Numbered from the whole stretch's first letter, positions 25,262 to 38,272 are shown. The stretch: DNA of 63,077 bases, filler included, from Octopus bimaculoides (GCF_001194135.2; 6 parts of 6 records of this genome joined end to end with filler, not necessarily neighbours in it), one strand, 5' to 3'. Numbers and translations are program-made. The notes: generated by a model from the sequence alone, not told the origin.

Positions 25262-25482
25262 CCTTTTCTACTCTAGGCACAAGGCTCGAATTTTTTTTTT
25301 TTTTTTGGGGTGCCAGTCAATTAGATCGATCCCAGTATGCAACTGGTACTTAATTTGTTGACACTGAAAGGATGAAAGGCAAAGTCGACCTTGGCGGAGT
25401 TTGAACTCAGAATGTAAAGACAGACGAAATACTGCTAAGCATTTCGCCTGGTGTGCTAACGTTTCTGCCAGCTTGCTGCCTT
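25262..25482 (-). mobile_element. SINE family B
   Basis: Near full-length reverse complement copy. Confidence 0.88.
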
Positions 25483-25488
25483 ACAACT

Positions 25489-25566
<78 letters not shown>

Positions 25567-28500
25567 TGGTTTTTAACGTTGGCACAAGACCACAAATTGA
25601 GTGGTAGGGAAGAGTATATAACAAGCAATTATTTTATTGACCATGGAGGTATTAAAGTCAACACCGATAAGATTTAACCTAAAATGTAAGTGGGGACATA
25701 ACTGAATGTTGAAAAGAGTTTAGTTAATTCTCTACCATTTCTGGCATTCAACTCTTGTTTCAATGTTGACACTGAAAACAATAAAACAAGTTGAGGTCTT
25801 TTACATGAAATGCCTTGCTGGATGGTGATTGGTTAACACTTGAAAGAATGAAGAGAAGTGATTACTTGTAACACATAATAAATGTTCAACATCATAATCA
25901 TCATCTTAGATATAGGACATAGCATCTGGTAGCATATGACATCATGGGTGTTATGGCCAGGGTTAGATTTATGAAAAACAGAGTATGTAGTTCTAACTAT
26001 CTTTTGTGGAAGGCTTAAACAATATCAAGACAGAAAGGATCATAAACAACACTTTCACCACACTTGCCTCAGAAAATGGTCACAAATTTGTCATGATGTC
26101 AAGAATGGTTGCAAATGCAAATATCATTCCATTCCAATATGAATTGATTAGGAATTTTCGTAAAAGACATAAACGTAAATCTTTTCCAAACCATAATGGG
26201 ATATTAAGAGAACATGCTTAACTCTTTTCCATGCTGTGAAATGGGTCAGAGATGAATTCATCTCTAAGACACTGGACTACTCACAGGTAACATTTCCAGA
26301 TGATCTAGCATCTATCCTCAATAGGTAGGTAGGTGATGTAGAGCAGTGTTCTCACAAAAACAATGAAATGCTAGAAGCATTTGAACCCATGATCAATGAA
26401 TTGATGGTCCAATACCTTATCCACTGAGCCATCTCTTCCTGTAACTCCAATTAGGTTATCCTAAAGAGCTAATATTTAATGAAAGATCATATAGTATTTT
26501 TAAATTCCTCTATAAAATATTCAGGAAATGTCTTACACTTCCCAACTCTAAGACAAGCAAAAAGAAAAAAATGTCATATGTTATAGATACGGTATTTAAA
26601 GACCCTGCCTCCACACTCACCCTGCCAAAAATTGAAATATACTGGAAGAAGTCGAGAGTTTTATTGGCATGCAACCAGTCAGCAATTTGTCAGTAAGAAT
26701 CCACTATTCTATCCAAATATCACACCAAAAAGGACAGTGAAAAAGATGATATGATATGGGTATTTGATTTATAAAGAACAGTGAAAAAGATAGAGATGAT
26801 ATGATATGGACATTCAAGATATAAAAAATGTTTAGTTAATCTGAAGCACCGGAGATTATTTTTATCTTCTTCCATAAAATAGAAGGGAAAACAAAAACAA
26901 AAAAGAAAAACCCATAGAAAATGAAAAACAAAAAGGGAAAATAAATAAAATGAATACAAAAATAAAAGAAGAAAGGAAGGACTAATAAAAAAGTAATAAA
27001 TGATTCTTTAAAACCAATCAACTGTGAGTGGGTGATTAAGATTAATTATAATTTTTGTAAGAGTGTATGTAAAATGGCTAGCATATTTACATGGTTTCAT
27101 ATGTATATTATATTGAAAAGGTTATGTGGTTTCACATAGGAAAATTTATATTAAAAAACAAAGATGTTTTGAGAATGTTATGAACAAAAGAAAGTAAATA
27201 TTTACATTTTCATTGAAATATACTTCAGGTTTTAATTGTGTTATAAGACAATTTAGTCATGCTATAACGGAAAATAAATTAAAATAAATTAAGATTAAAT
27301 TAAATCAGCTGTAATGGAAAATAAATTAAAATAAATTAGATTATATTAAATCAGAATTTCATGATATCAGTTCTGGAAGTTTGCATGTTTTTATTACAAA
27401 ATTCACATGATGCTGGTAGTTGATTTCTGTCTACCTTCCAAAACTGATATTTTCCCGCTTCTCACAGCACAGCTAAATTATCTTATAATACAACTGAAAC
27501 CAGTGGCATATTTTGATAGAAATGTAAATATTTTCTTTTGCTTGTCCATTTTCTTCTTTTTGTTTTATAGTAATCTTTTTTTCTCACCCATCCATCCATC
27601 CATCCATCTGTTTACAGATAAATAGATAGATATATGTATGCATGCATACATACATAGATACATACATAGGTACACATATATACATATGCATGCATGCATG
27701 TATGTATGTAATGTGTGTATGTTCAAGTGCAAATACAAGAGCTTGCACAATTTCACTAGCTTTGATTTGTAATTCATTCTGAAGGTATAGTGTAAAACAT
27801 CCAGATAAGCTTTTGAGTTGAACATTATCAGTTTACACTATATGGGCAGATTTAGAGAGAGAGAGAAAAAAAGAGAGAGAGAGAATAAATAATCCTGTGA
27901 TAGAACATAAAGTTAGCAAACATCTTGAAGTTTGATGGGTGATGGATGGCATAAAATAAAGTCCACCTGGACAGATGACAGTGGAAGAAGGGATGAAATT
28001 CACCGGCCCCTTACAAAAGACAAACACCGGGTCAACAGAATTTCATTGAATAATAAATCAGTCAGTGACAAATCTGGTTGTAAGGGTGTTGATTGTTGGT
28101 TCAAATCTTATAACATCCATTCTGTAAGCAAACATCACTGAAAGAGGACTTTTATCTTATGAGGCATCATGTATGGAAAGAAGATTGCTGTCCTAACATG
28201 AAATGCAGGACCTTAATGTGAGTGCATATATATTCATTCAAAAACAACCAAATATTTTCTTTGGGTTTGTACTTTATAACAGACAAGTACCACATCCAAA
28301 TGTGGTTGTAACTAGTTTAGCACAGAAGAAAATGAGGTAAATTGCTGCAGAAGCTGGAGTGCAGCATCTGAGGTACAGTATCTTAACTTAAGACACAACA
28401 CAATATGTTGTGTGCAGCCATTTGATCTTTGATGTCAAGACCACTGACTAAACACAGTAACTACTCAATTAGTGTTACCTCATTGCTTAAAAATGCCAGT

Positions 28501-28787
28501 TTCAGTGTTTGGACTGGAATATCTTATAACAAAGAGCATGTGAAATACATGAAAAGTCAATTCTAAATATTAGCTGTGGAAGGTTACTTGATAAAGGCAG
28601 ATGATATCTAACAGAGAGAGAGTTAGAGAGAGAGAGAAAGAGAGAATATAAGTCTCTATGTGTAGAATCTATTGAAATTTCTAAGCCAAATAAATTCAAA
28701 ATGTGGTACTGAATGGTAATAATGGTTATTGTTTGAGCAATTTGTAATACAAACGAAACGATAATTATTATGCTGATGATAATAATT

Positions 28788-29010
28788 ATTTCTAATTTGG
28801 TACAAAGCCAGCAATTTTGAGGGGACGTTGTCAATCGATATCATTGACCCCAGTATTTGACTACTACCTTTCTGTTCTTATTGATTCTGGAGGGATGAAA
28901 GGCAAATGTAACCTTAGCAGGGTTTGAACCCAGAATGTAGAGTCAGAAGGAATGCCACAAGGCAAAAAGCATTGTTTTTTAATGCTTTAACAGTTCTGCC
29001 ATCTCATCAC
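28788..29010 (-). mobile_element. SINE family B, diverged
   Basis: Family core and B-box in reverse complement. Confidence 0.75.
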
Positions 29011-29816
29011 TAGGAATAAATTGTGAAAACAAAATCTTGTAAATTGCTAAATCATCCTCTACTTCATCCAAATATTGATAAGTTAGAGGTGAGAGACTGG
29101 ATTCTAACTAACCCCATAGGAGAGTGTATAAAGACAAAATATATATTGCCCAAAAGAAAAGCCAACAACAGCAAAAATTCAAACAAAGAGATGTATATAA
29201 AACAGAGTTAAAAAAGAAAGTAGTATAATAAAATGAGTTAAAAAGGAAAAAAAAAGAAAACAATTAAAATTTGTTTTACCGGGTAATTATAAAAAAGGTG
29301 ATGATATTTGAAATGGAATAGTGGATTAGACATTGACAAAACCTAGCTAGACAGTGATCATACTCACACTTACATATTTACACTGAATTATGAAGAAAAT
29401 TATAACAGGTGTCGGTGAAAATAAACTAAGTTTTGAGAAAGTATTTCAGTTATTTGAGAAATATTACCTGAGTATTTGATAAAATGGACATGCTTACAAA
29501 ATAATAATGCAGAAAACAACAACAAAAAAGAAACAGTGCATACTCAGAATTTTTGGAGTATAGGATAAACTACACACATCATTTGTTAGCTGTCAGGATA
29601 CTACCACTTTAGAAATTCCATGCTTTCTGAAGTTCACTAATAATACACCTGATGTACCTATGGACTCTTTCCTCTTAATGTTCGCTTCTGTATTTTTGCA
29701 TTTTGCTCTGTGTACTCTTCACATACTTCTAGCAATCATTCCTATCTTTCTTTACTTGGCTTATGAATACCCTTTTCAGATGAGTTTCAGTGCACCTGAG
29801 CACTGAACACAATAAG

Positions 29817-29849
<33 letters not shown>

Positions 29850-30881
29850 GTTATTATTATAAAATATATCCAGTAGTTTTGTAGTTTGAGGGAAAACAAA
29901 GTCAAAGAAATTTGTAACAATAGACAGCCTCACCTCAGCCATCAGAATATTTGAGTAAATTCTTCCAGTTACTTAGAAAAATGTAGCCAGATGATTGGGA
30001 CAATATACCTAGCTTTTAGGGGGAAGAATATGTATGGCCTAAATGTTTGTGAAAAGATATGTTTTAGAAGGTATTATGTACATATATACATATTTACTTT
30101 AGACACACACACACACATACACACAAAGGACACATTTGTATATGTACATGTATAGGGTCTTTATAAAGTCTTTGTGCAATTTTAAATTTGTATAACATTA
30201 GATTTATATATGAAGTAGAATCAATCAGTGAAAAATATAAATGAATCAATTTAGGACGTTTCCAAATGGATTTATCCTTAGAATTGTGTATTTTTATATA
30301 GACAAATGATGACATGATTCTGTAGTTCCAGAAATATGCTTTGCTGCAGATTATTTATAATATCCTGATTCACATAAGCCTGCAAAATATCTATAGAATA
30401 AAGCTTATTGGAAAAAATAATAGTCTTTAAAGCACCCCACAAAATACAGTTAAAGTAATTATTAAATTTCTGCAAAAAAATCAAAACAAAAAAGAATAAA
30501 TAATTATAATATATTTTCTGATTGACTCAAATTAAATAGTTTTGTCATCTAAAAATAGTTTTTACAGATTCTATCTTATGTGTAATTATATTTGTAAAAT
30601 TAGAACATTTAAAATTGCATAAGGACTCATAATGACCCTTTATATATACACACACACATACTCATGATGCAAGTATGCACACACACACACATGATGTACT
30701 ATTCCATTATTGGTGGGATCAATATAAAAGGTTCTTCATCGAGTGAGAGGTAAATATCATTTAATATACACACCATTTAAATTTGTGCTACTATTAGTTT
30801 CATGCTCATCCAACCATTGTGGTTTTATAGCATGAAAGTAATAGTAACTTGAATTTAAATCCTATATATATATATATATAT

Positions 30882-30981
30882 NNNNNNNNNNNNNNNNNNN
30901 NNNNNNNNNNNNNNNNNNNNNNNNNTTAATTAATTAANNNNNNNNNNNNNNNNNNNNNNNNNNNNNNNNNNNNNNNNNNNN
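30882..30981. other. Artificial 100-bp scaffold join: N44-TTAATTAATTAA-N44
   Basis: The same construct recurs at 39240-39339, 46523-46622, 48969-49068 and 60747-60846. Confidence 0.95.
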
Positions 30982-31100
30982 TATATATATACATATACAT
31001 ATATATATATGTATGTGTGTGTGTGTGTCTGTGTATATACATGTATATATACAGACAGAGGGAAGAAGTGAGAGAAGGAGAAAGCGTAAAGCATTCTTAC

Positions 31101-31348
31101 CTAGATGTAGATGTTGAGGTAAACATCACCAAAACACATATAGAATATAAATTTCATTTTTGTTTATTTTAGTTGTGTTCTTATGTATTTTTATTCTTAT
31201 ATTTATTATTTTACGTTCTCTTTTTTTTTTTTTCTGAAACCCAAGCTACTGATGAATGCCACCATTTTAAACCGGATATTTTTCTGCAGTTCCACGCTAC
31301 TGGCAACTATTTTCTGATTTATGCGACGACGTTGATGAGACACACTAA
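31101..31348 (-). other. Candidate 5' (UTR or first coding) exon at the CpG boundary
   Basis: Long T-rich tract ending ttgtttatcag| at 31349, and a strong donor TAG|gtaaga at 31100. CpG density rises sharply here. Confidence 0.3.
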
Positions 31349-31431
31349 CTGATAAACAAACAACGAAATATAAATAAACAAATGATAAATAGGTAAAGAA
31401 AATATTCGCGCAAACATGTATGTATGTATGT

Positions 31432-31499
<68 letters not shown>

Positions 31500-32223
31500 A
31501 CACACTAAAGAGAAAGCGTCATCAAGCGTATGAGAAAATAGATTCTAACCTTCATAGCATACATTAACATATCATGAATATATTAATATATTAACCTGGA
31601 ATGTTTGTTTCCGTCAGAAGAGCAAAGACAAAATTTATTGATGGGCATATAAAGAGAAAACGATACCATAGTTTGGACAGTCTTCATTACGAAACAAGAG
31701 AATGCATTTAGCCGTATATCAATGAACGCCCACCCTCCTTCTAATTAGATAATGCAACGTATCTTATAAGCTATTTATGAAACTAAATATATTATGTTAA
31801 TTAGTCAGTGATGCCATCTGCATAGAAGACACTAGCTGAGTTAGTGTTTGTGTTATTATTTTTAATGCACGAGACATCTAATTGGAATTGTTGTAATGTA
31901 CTATGGAATTTGTCTACAGATATTTCTAGCCAGCGTTAGAAATGTTTTGATGTATGTAAACAAGTCTTTATTTAAAACATGTTCGTGGATTGAAGAAGGG
32001 GAAAAGAGGCGTGCATGTTTCAATCCTGTGTAAGAATATTATCAGCTACTAAGTACCCTCTTTAACTATCCACGTTCTCATTGTTTAGAAATTCATTAAT
32101 ATCGGAGACTTTTAGTAAACTGAGTTGACCAATCAGTAATTTTAACACTTTCATGGAAGTTTGGAAACAATTTGATTATAGATGTATTAACTGTTTCGGG
32201 TTAGTTAAAAAAATGTACAAATA

Positions 32224-32612
32224 TGAGTGGCTGTGTGGTAAGTAGCTGGCGCAGGAGTGGCTGTGTGGTTGCTTACCAACCGCATAGTTCTGGGTTCAGT
32301 CCCACTGCGTAGCACCTTGGGCAAGTGTCTTCTACTATAGCCTCAGGCCGACCAAAGCCTTGTGAGTGGATTTGGTAGACGGAAACTCAAAGAAGTCCGT
32401 CGTATATATGTATGTGTGTGTATGCATGTGTTTATGTGTGTGTGCGTATGTTTGTGTGTCTGTGTTTGTCCCTCTAACATCGCTCGACAACCGATACTGG
32501 TGTGTTTACGTCCCCGTAACTTAGCGGTTCGGCAAAAAAGACCGATAGAAGTACTAAGTTTACAAAGAATAAGTCCTGGGGTCGATTTATTCGACTAAAG
32601 GCGGTGCTCCAG
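32224..32612 (+). mobile_element. SINE family A with duplicated head
   Basis: GAGTGGCTGTGTGGT occurs twice at the 5' end, followed by a nearly complete body with CpGs retained. Confidence 0.9.
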
Positions 32613-32721
32613 TCACGCTTTATATCGTAGAGAAAGCTACAGAAAGAGCTAATATAATAGGTAATGCCTCCGATCGCTATCGGTTCTTTTGGTCAAACTA
32701 AAATGGCTTAATATATACCTA

Positions 32722-32761
<40 letters not shown>

Positions 32762-32798
32762 AGAGAGAGAGAGCAGTCGCCATATTCCTTTCCATATC

Positions 32799-32889
32799 GG
32801 CTAACTCTGATGAGTATAAGGTTATATAATCGGATTGTTATCTAATACTCCATCGTATTTCTAGCGCGAAACCGATTGGTAAGATCAGC
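32799..32889 (+). ncRNA. Hammerhead-like motif, probably degenerate
   Basis: CUGAUGA-G (32807)...C-GAAA (32868)-CC(GAUU)GG-UA. Canonical G10.1-C11.1 pair and 3-bp stem III, but stem II is irregular and stem I is bulged. Confidence 0.35.
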
Positions 32890-33734
32890 AGTGATGGATA
32901 TGGATATATATATTGCGTAAGTTATCGAAAAAACCACCAGCTGGTTTGTACTCTGCTATCATTGAATAAATTTTCTTTTTGTACAAAAGTCATTTACTTT
33001 TGTTAAGTAAACGACATAAATCACTAGCTATTTCATTATTTTTAACTATTATTTATAATATTTAAATAAAGTATTATTTGTTTAATAACCATAACTATTA
33101 TTTATGGTATTTCTTGTGATTTTATTTCCTGATAAAAGATGTAATTTTGTTTCCATATATGTTAGGTTAGTTATTAAGCTATTTTAGTTTGGTGAAAATA
33201 GATTTGAATTATAGTTTCACATCTGCCGGGAGGCATACTTCGTGCTAAATATTTTCTCAAGTTTGTAATGCTATAAAAATGGCTTCAAGACTTCTTTAGA
33301 GATTCTAAGAATGTCAAGTTTCAAAATTTTGAAATTAAAACTATTATTCGCTTATCTCATGCTTTGCTTTTGTTTTATTAATTAAGCAATTAATATCATT
33401 ATCTAATATCTATTTCCATTGCGATTGTTTCAATAATTACATTTTTAGAGATAGTCGCACAGAAAAGATTTTAAAGAATATTATGAATTTTAATTTAGTT
33501 TCAACAACCGATAGTGATCTTAGGTATTACGAGGCCTTTGAGACGTAGGAATACTAACCCTTATTGCGCTGGTTGAATTTTTGCTGGTGATATAACACAT
33601 TAACCATACGCAAATCAGTTCACGAAACCTCTTCCTATTGGCCAGTGAAAATAAGATATGTGTACTATGTACTACACCATATAAGCTGTGGAAGATTTCG
33701 GAAAGTACTTCACTGTCAAAAATGAGTCAACTTG

Positions 33735-33935
33735 GGGATCTTGTTCAAAACGGGGGCACCAGTTTTCATTTATGTTTTATGTAGTGTTTTTGGTACCGAA
33801 AGACTTTCAAACTTCGTATACTTATCTATTTTGTGTTATAGAACAGAAAAAAAATTTTGTATTCGAATATATTTCATGTAAAAAAAATTGTCTTATTTCG
33901 ATAATTTCTACTAATCACTGACGTCTATTCAGTTG
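33735..33935 (+). repeat. Dispersed repeat, copy 1 (copy 2 at 48685-48885)
   Basis: AAAACGGGGGC...GGTACCGAAAGACTTTCAAACTTCGTATA...AATCACTGAC is highly similar in both places. Confidence 0.9.
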
Positions 33936-33974
33936 AAAACAGTTAGCGCTGTAACGGTGTATATCGTATTAATC

Positions 33975-34040
33975 CCCTAACCCTAACTAGACTGTTAACC
34001 CTAACCCTAACCCTAACCCTAAAACTAACCCTAACTCTAG
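33975..34040. repeat. Short interstitial (TAACCC)n telomere-like tract
   Basis: Four perfect TAACCC units at 33996-34019, with degenerate units on either side. Confidence 0.85.
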
Positions 34041-34855
34041 AATCCGAACTCTAAAATTGTTACACACATAGATACGCACAGCGTAATTTATTATATAAAC
34101 AATANNNNNNNNNNNNNNNNNNNNNNNNNNNNNNNNNNNNNNNNNNNNNNNNNNNNNNNNNNNNNNNNNNNNNNNNNNNNNNNNNNNNNNNNNNNNNNNN
34201 NNNNNNNNNNNNNNNNNNNNNNNNNNNNNNNNNNNNNNNNNNNNNNNNNNNNNNNNNNNNNNNNNNNNNNNNNNNNNNNNNNNNNNNNNNNNNNNNNNNN
34301 NNNNNNNNNNNNNNNNNNNNNNNNNNNNNNNNNNNNNNNNNNNNNNNNNNNNNNNNNNNNNNNNNNNNNNNNNNNNNNNNNNNNNNNNNNNNNNNNNNNN
34401 NNNNNNNNNNNNNNNNNNNNNNNNNNNNNNNNNNNNNNNNNNNNNNNNNNNNNNNNNNNNNNNNNNNNNNNNNNNNNNNNNNNNNNNNNNNNNNNNNNNN
34501 NNNNNNNNNNNNNNNNNNNNNNNNNNNNNNNNNNNNNNNNNNNNNNNNNNNNNNNNNNNNNNNNNNNNNNNNNNNNNNNNNNNNNNNNNNNNNNNNNNNN
34601 NNNNNNNNNNNNNNNNNNNNNNNNNNNNNNNNNNNNNNNNNNNNNNNNNNNNNNNNNNNNNNNNNNNNNNNNNNNNNNNNNNNNNNNNNNNNNNNNNNNN
34701 NNNNNNNNNNNNNNNNNNNNNNNNNNNNNNNNNNNNNNNNNNNNNNNNNNNNNNNNNNNNNNNNNNNNNNNNNNNNNNNNNNNNNNNNNNNNNNNNNNNN
34801 NNNNNNNNNNNNNNNNNNNNNNNNNNNNNNNNNNNNNNNNNNNNNNNNNNNNNNN

Positions 34856-35097
34856 TATATATATGTATGTATGTATGTGTGTGTATATGTTTGTGTGTCT
34901 GTGTTCCCCCAACATCGCTTGACAACCGATGGTGGTGTGTTTAGGTCCCCGTAACTTAGCGGTTCGGCAAAAGAGACCGATAGAATAAGTACTAGGCTTC
35001 AAAAGAATAAGTCCTAGGGTCGATTTGCTCGACTAAAGGCGGTGCTCCAGCATGGCCTCAGTCAAATGACTGAAACAAGTAAAAGAGTAAAGAGTAA
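34856..35097 (+). mobile_element. SINE family A, 3' half (5' half in gap)
   Basis: CCCCGTAACTTAGCGGTTCGGC...GACTGAAACAAGTAAAAGAGT. Confidence 0.9.
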
Positions 35098-35230
35098 AGG
35101 ATTTGAATTAAAGTGTACTGACAAAATGAAGGGGAAATAAGCCACTATATTGTTATATGAATTAAAAATTCATTTTTATTTGTTGGAATAAAAGATGCGC
35201 TGAGTTGACTAATCATTACAGATACTAATT

Positions 35231-35289
35231 ACGACTCTAGTCTAACAACGACTCTAGTCTAACAACGACTCTAGTCTAACAACGACTCT
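35231..35289. repeat. 17-bp tandem repeat, about 3.5 copies
   Basis: Perfect ACGACTCTAGTCTAACA units. Confidence 0.95.
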
Positions 35290-35454
35290 GAACGCGTGCT
35301 AGTGATATATGATTTATAGAATATTTTAAAACTTTTAAGATTATTTTTAAAAATAAGATTGTGCCGGGGTTGGGGTTAAACGTTGCCGTGGACCGTCATG
35401 TTAGACACCTTTAAACCAGAGAATCATCGATGCGTCAAGGCCTCCATCCCCATC

Positions 35455-35506
35455 ACAATCGTATCACCACGACCACCACCACTATTATAACCTATACGAG
35501 TAAAAC

Positions 35507-35537
<31 letters not shown>

Positions 35538-35876
35538 CAACGATAATTAGCACCACTAACTAGTGCCATGTTTACCAGCACAATACTATCACCAACACCC
35601 GCACCCTCCCCACCATTTCCCAAGAGGTCAGGCTAGTGACTGTCAGAAAATTTGAAACGATCAAGTTCGTCACTCTTGAGGCCTATTTTCTTTTAAACCT
35701 TGAATCTACTTTTGTAAACAACATAACTGCTCGTTTTGTTAAGACAGTCGTTGCTGCTGTTGTTGGAGGCGCTGTTTGTTGTTATTATTCATACTGATGA
35801 TGATGATGATGATGACAGTAATGATGGTGATGATGATGACGAGTATGATGATGGTGGTTGGTGGTCGTCGTTGTTG

Positions 35877-35909
<33 letters not shown>

Positions 35910-36180
35910 GGGTGATGATGTTGGTGGTGATGGTGTGTAAGATGTGTTCAGATGATGATGTTCAAAATGTGTTTGTTGATGTTAAAAAAGAAGAAATGTG
36001 TGGAATAGTTATGGCGGCATTGATATGAGTAATGTTGGTGGTGAAGGCGGCGACATTAGCCATGATGGTTGCAGTGGTGAAGTAAATGGCGGAAGCGGGG
36101 GCTATAATAGTGGAAGTGGTTGTAATGTTGGTGGGGCTGGCGGCGAAGGCACGTTACTGGTGATGGCGGCAGTAATGGTC
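35455..36180. repeat. Compound CAC/CAA then GAT/GGT low-complexity region
   Basis: Directly visible trinucleotide runs of opposite polarity. Confidence 0.8.
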
Positions 36181-36680
36181 GTCGATAAGAGACGACGTAT
36201 TTATTTAAGATTTCAGTAGTGCGGGACCACTGTCATGTCATCGCTCTTCTTGCTATTTTTTTTCAGACACACACAAGAATATACATCGTAGATTTATACA
36301 TACATATTTGTATCCTGTATTTTGTATATTTTATTTTTATTAACTGCATTTACACACGCATGCACATACACACACGTTTATGCGCACACGAGTTCCTGAG
36401 ACCTACCATGAAAATAGAAATCTCTTTAGTATCTTATCTTTTCTCTCTTTGTCCTTTCGTTCAATTCTCTTTTCTATTCTTTTCCTTCTTTTTGATAAAG
36501 GACTTCATCCGAAACGTCAAGTTCTCTTCCGTTTCTTCCTTTCGCGTATCAAACTCCATTATATACTTCTTTGTCGTTTTTTCACTTTATATTTCTGCAT
36601 TTCAGGCGTCTTTTTTCTTTATTTGTTTTCTTTTTGCTTCAAGTTTTACTAATGCTACATTTATTAATGTTGTGTGACTT

Positions 36681-36736
36681 TTTATTCTACAAAACACACA
36701 CACACAATTGTGTGTGTGTGTGTTTTGTAGAATAAA
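36681..36736. repeat. Spacerless palindrome centred on CAATTG
   Basis: TTTATTCTACAAAA(CA)6A | T(TG)7TTTTGTAGAATAAA. Confidence 0.9.
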
Positions 36737-37620
36737 CAAGAGAAATAGAACTCTCAGCTATTAGGACATTTTGGTAACTTTGTACCGCTTAAAAATAGTT
36801 TCAAAGGTGAATAAATACATACGCACGCGCACATATATTCATTATTACTATGTTACACATTACACATTTCATTAGAATCAAGCAAAGCCCAATAGGCTCA
36901 TTACTCTGTTATGACACTTACCAAGGCAGTTTATATTCTACTTCTACATACACAATATTTTATGTATTATCGGGTCGTGCTGACGGGACATGCTTTGAGA
37001 ACTATACACCTTGTATACTTATTAAAAATTGAAAGACAGAGAATATCGTGCCTGCTTGACATCAAAAGATGTGGTTTCGGATCATGTCACCCACTGTTAA
37101 CACTAACACATTTATTTTTATAGAAGAAAATTTTCGAATTTTTGTTTTTGACAAGAGATTCAGAATCAGCAAAAATCATTATTTTTACAAAATGCTCTTC
37201 TTTTCCTTCTGTTTATTATTTTTTAAAGACCCTGTTATCAGAATATGGTATCTGTTTTGTGTCTCAATTATTTTGCGAAGATTTGAAATGTGTAGTCCCA
37301 GAATGAAAATATTGAATATAGAGAATTTAGCACCTATTGCAGTTGTGCGATTTTTACAGACGAATCGCATTATTACCAATAACATGTGTATGTAAGTGTG
37401 TGTCTGTGTTTGTGTGATCACTGCGTGTTACTGCAACAATCTTGAAAGTGTTACTTAGAGAAACTCAATATACTAAAAATAATATGTGTGTGTGTGTGTG
37501 TGTGTATAAAGCCTGTTTCAGCGCGTTGCTAAGCAACACGTTTCTTGACAAATCTAAATTAACAATGTTTATCTTATTTCATATAAGATTGTACGCGAAG
37601 CTCCAGTAAAATAATCTATA

Positions 37621-37985
37621 ATACTGAATGGTATTGGCACTGCCGTGATATTCTTAAAAAATCTTAGAATCCAGGGTGCGACTTGATGGTCCCAATTATA
37701 AAGTTCAAATCAACAAAACTTATGTAAAGACATAAAAATTATGTTGGTAGGGTCGTTAAACAGAGTCGTCAGATTTTGCGTTAACATCAACAAAAACGGA
37801 TGGTAGAGTCAGCCGCACAGCAGGGACCTTGGTAGCTAAAAGGACGTTACATCTGTTTCGAGCTTCTTTATCAATTCACAACGAAACCATGATAATCTAG
37901 CCAACCCTGGTTATAGCCACGGAACTGTAAATCATCCTCGTCATTTTGTGGCTCGTTCCACTGGTGTATACGACTACAGTGCTGT
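37621..37985 (+). mobile_element. Degenerate Merlin (IS1595/ISXO2-like) transposase fragment
   Basis: Four motifs in collinear order across frameshifts: TEWYWHCRDIL; RLDGPNYKVQINKTYVK (cf. IGGPGxxVQIDESxF); RHKNYVGRVVKQ (cf. KRKYNxGRxV); HDNLANPGYSHGTVNHPRHFVARSTGV (cf. GYxHxTVNHSxxFVxxxTG). Confidence 0.7.
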
Positions 37986-38115
37986 TTACCTAGATGGAAA
38001 GCAGACGTTAAGTGATATTGTATACACACACACACACTAACTAGATCGACGAGTGATATCCGCTGTGAACCATGTAGTCCACACAATTACATTTGTACTC
38101 CTGTTCCATTAGTAG

Positions 38116-38272
38116 ATCCAAAGTTCGCTTTTGAAGATATCAGAATATAGTACAAGACACAAAGAAAAATGGAAGATTATACATTTTAATTCATAATATC
38201 CAAAGTTCGCTTTTGAAGATATCAGTACAAAACACAAAGAAGAATGGAGAATTATACATTTTAATTCATAAT
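38116..38272. repeat. Direct tandem duplication (82 + 75 bp)
   Basis: ATCCAAAGTTCGCTTTTGAAGATATCAG...TTAATTCATAAT occurs twice. Confidence 0.9.

Noticed and set aside
26197-26286. Plus-strand frame ending DEFISKTLDYSQ|gtaaca
   Set aside because: Good donor but no convincing acceptor, and no supporting plus-strand exons.
27932-28141. 69-aa plus-strand ORF ending near a GTAAGC donor
   Set aside because: No acceptor and no recognisable domain.
33975-34040. True telomere or chromosome end
   Set aside because: Only four perfect units, internal, with ordinary sequence on both sides.
35231-35289. Possible CRISPR or iteron array
   Set aside because: A 17-bp head-to-tail repeat without spacers.
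37871-38086. Minus-strand ORF or terminal exon KQHCSRIHQWNEPQ...
   Set aside because: Better explained as antisense to the Merlin-like transposase motifs.
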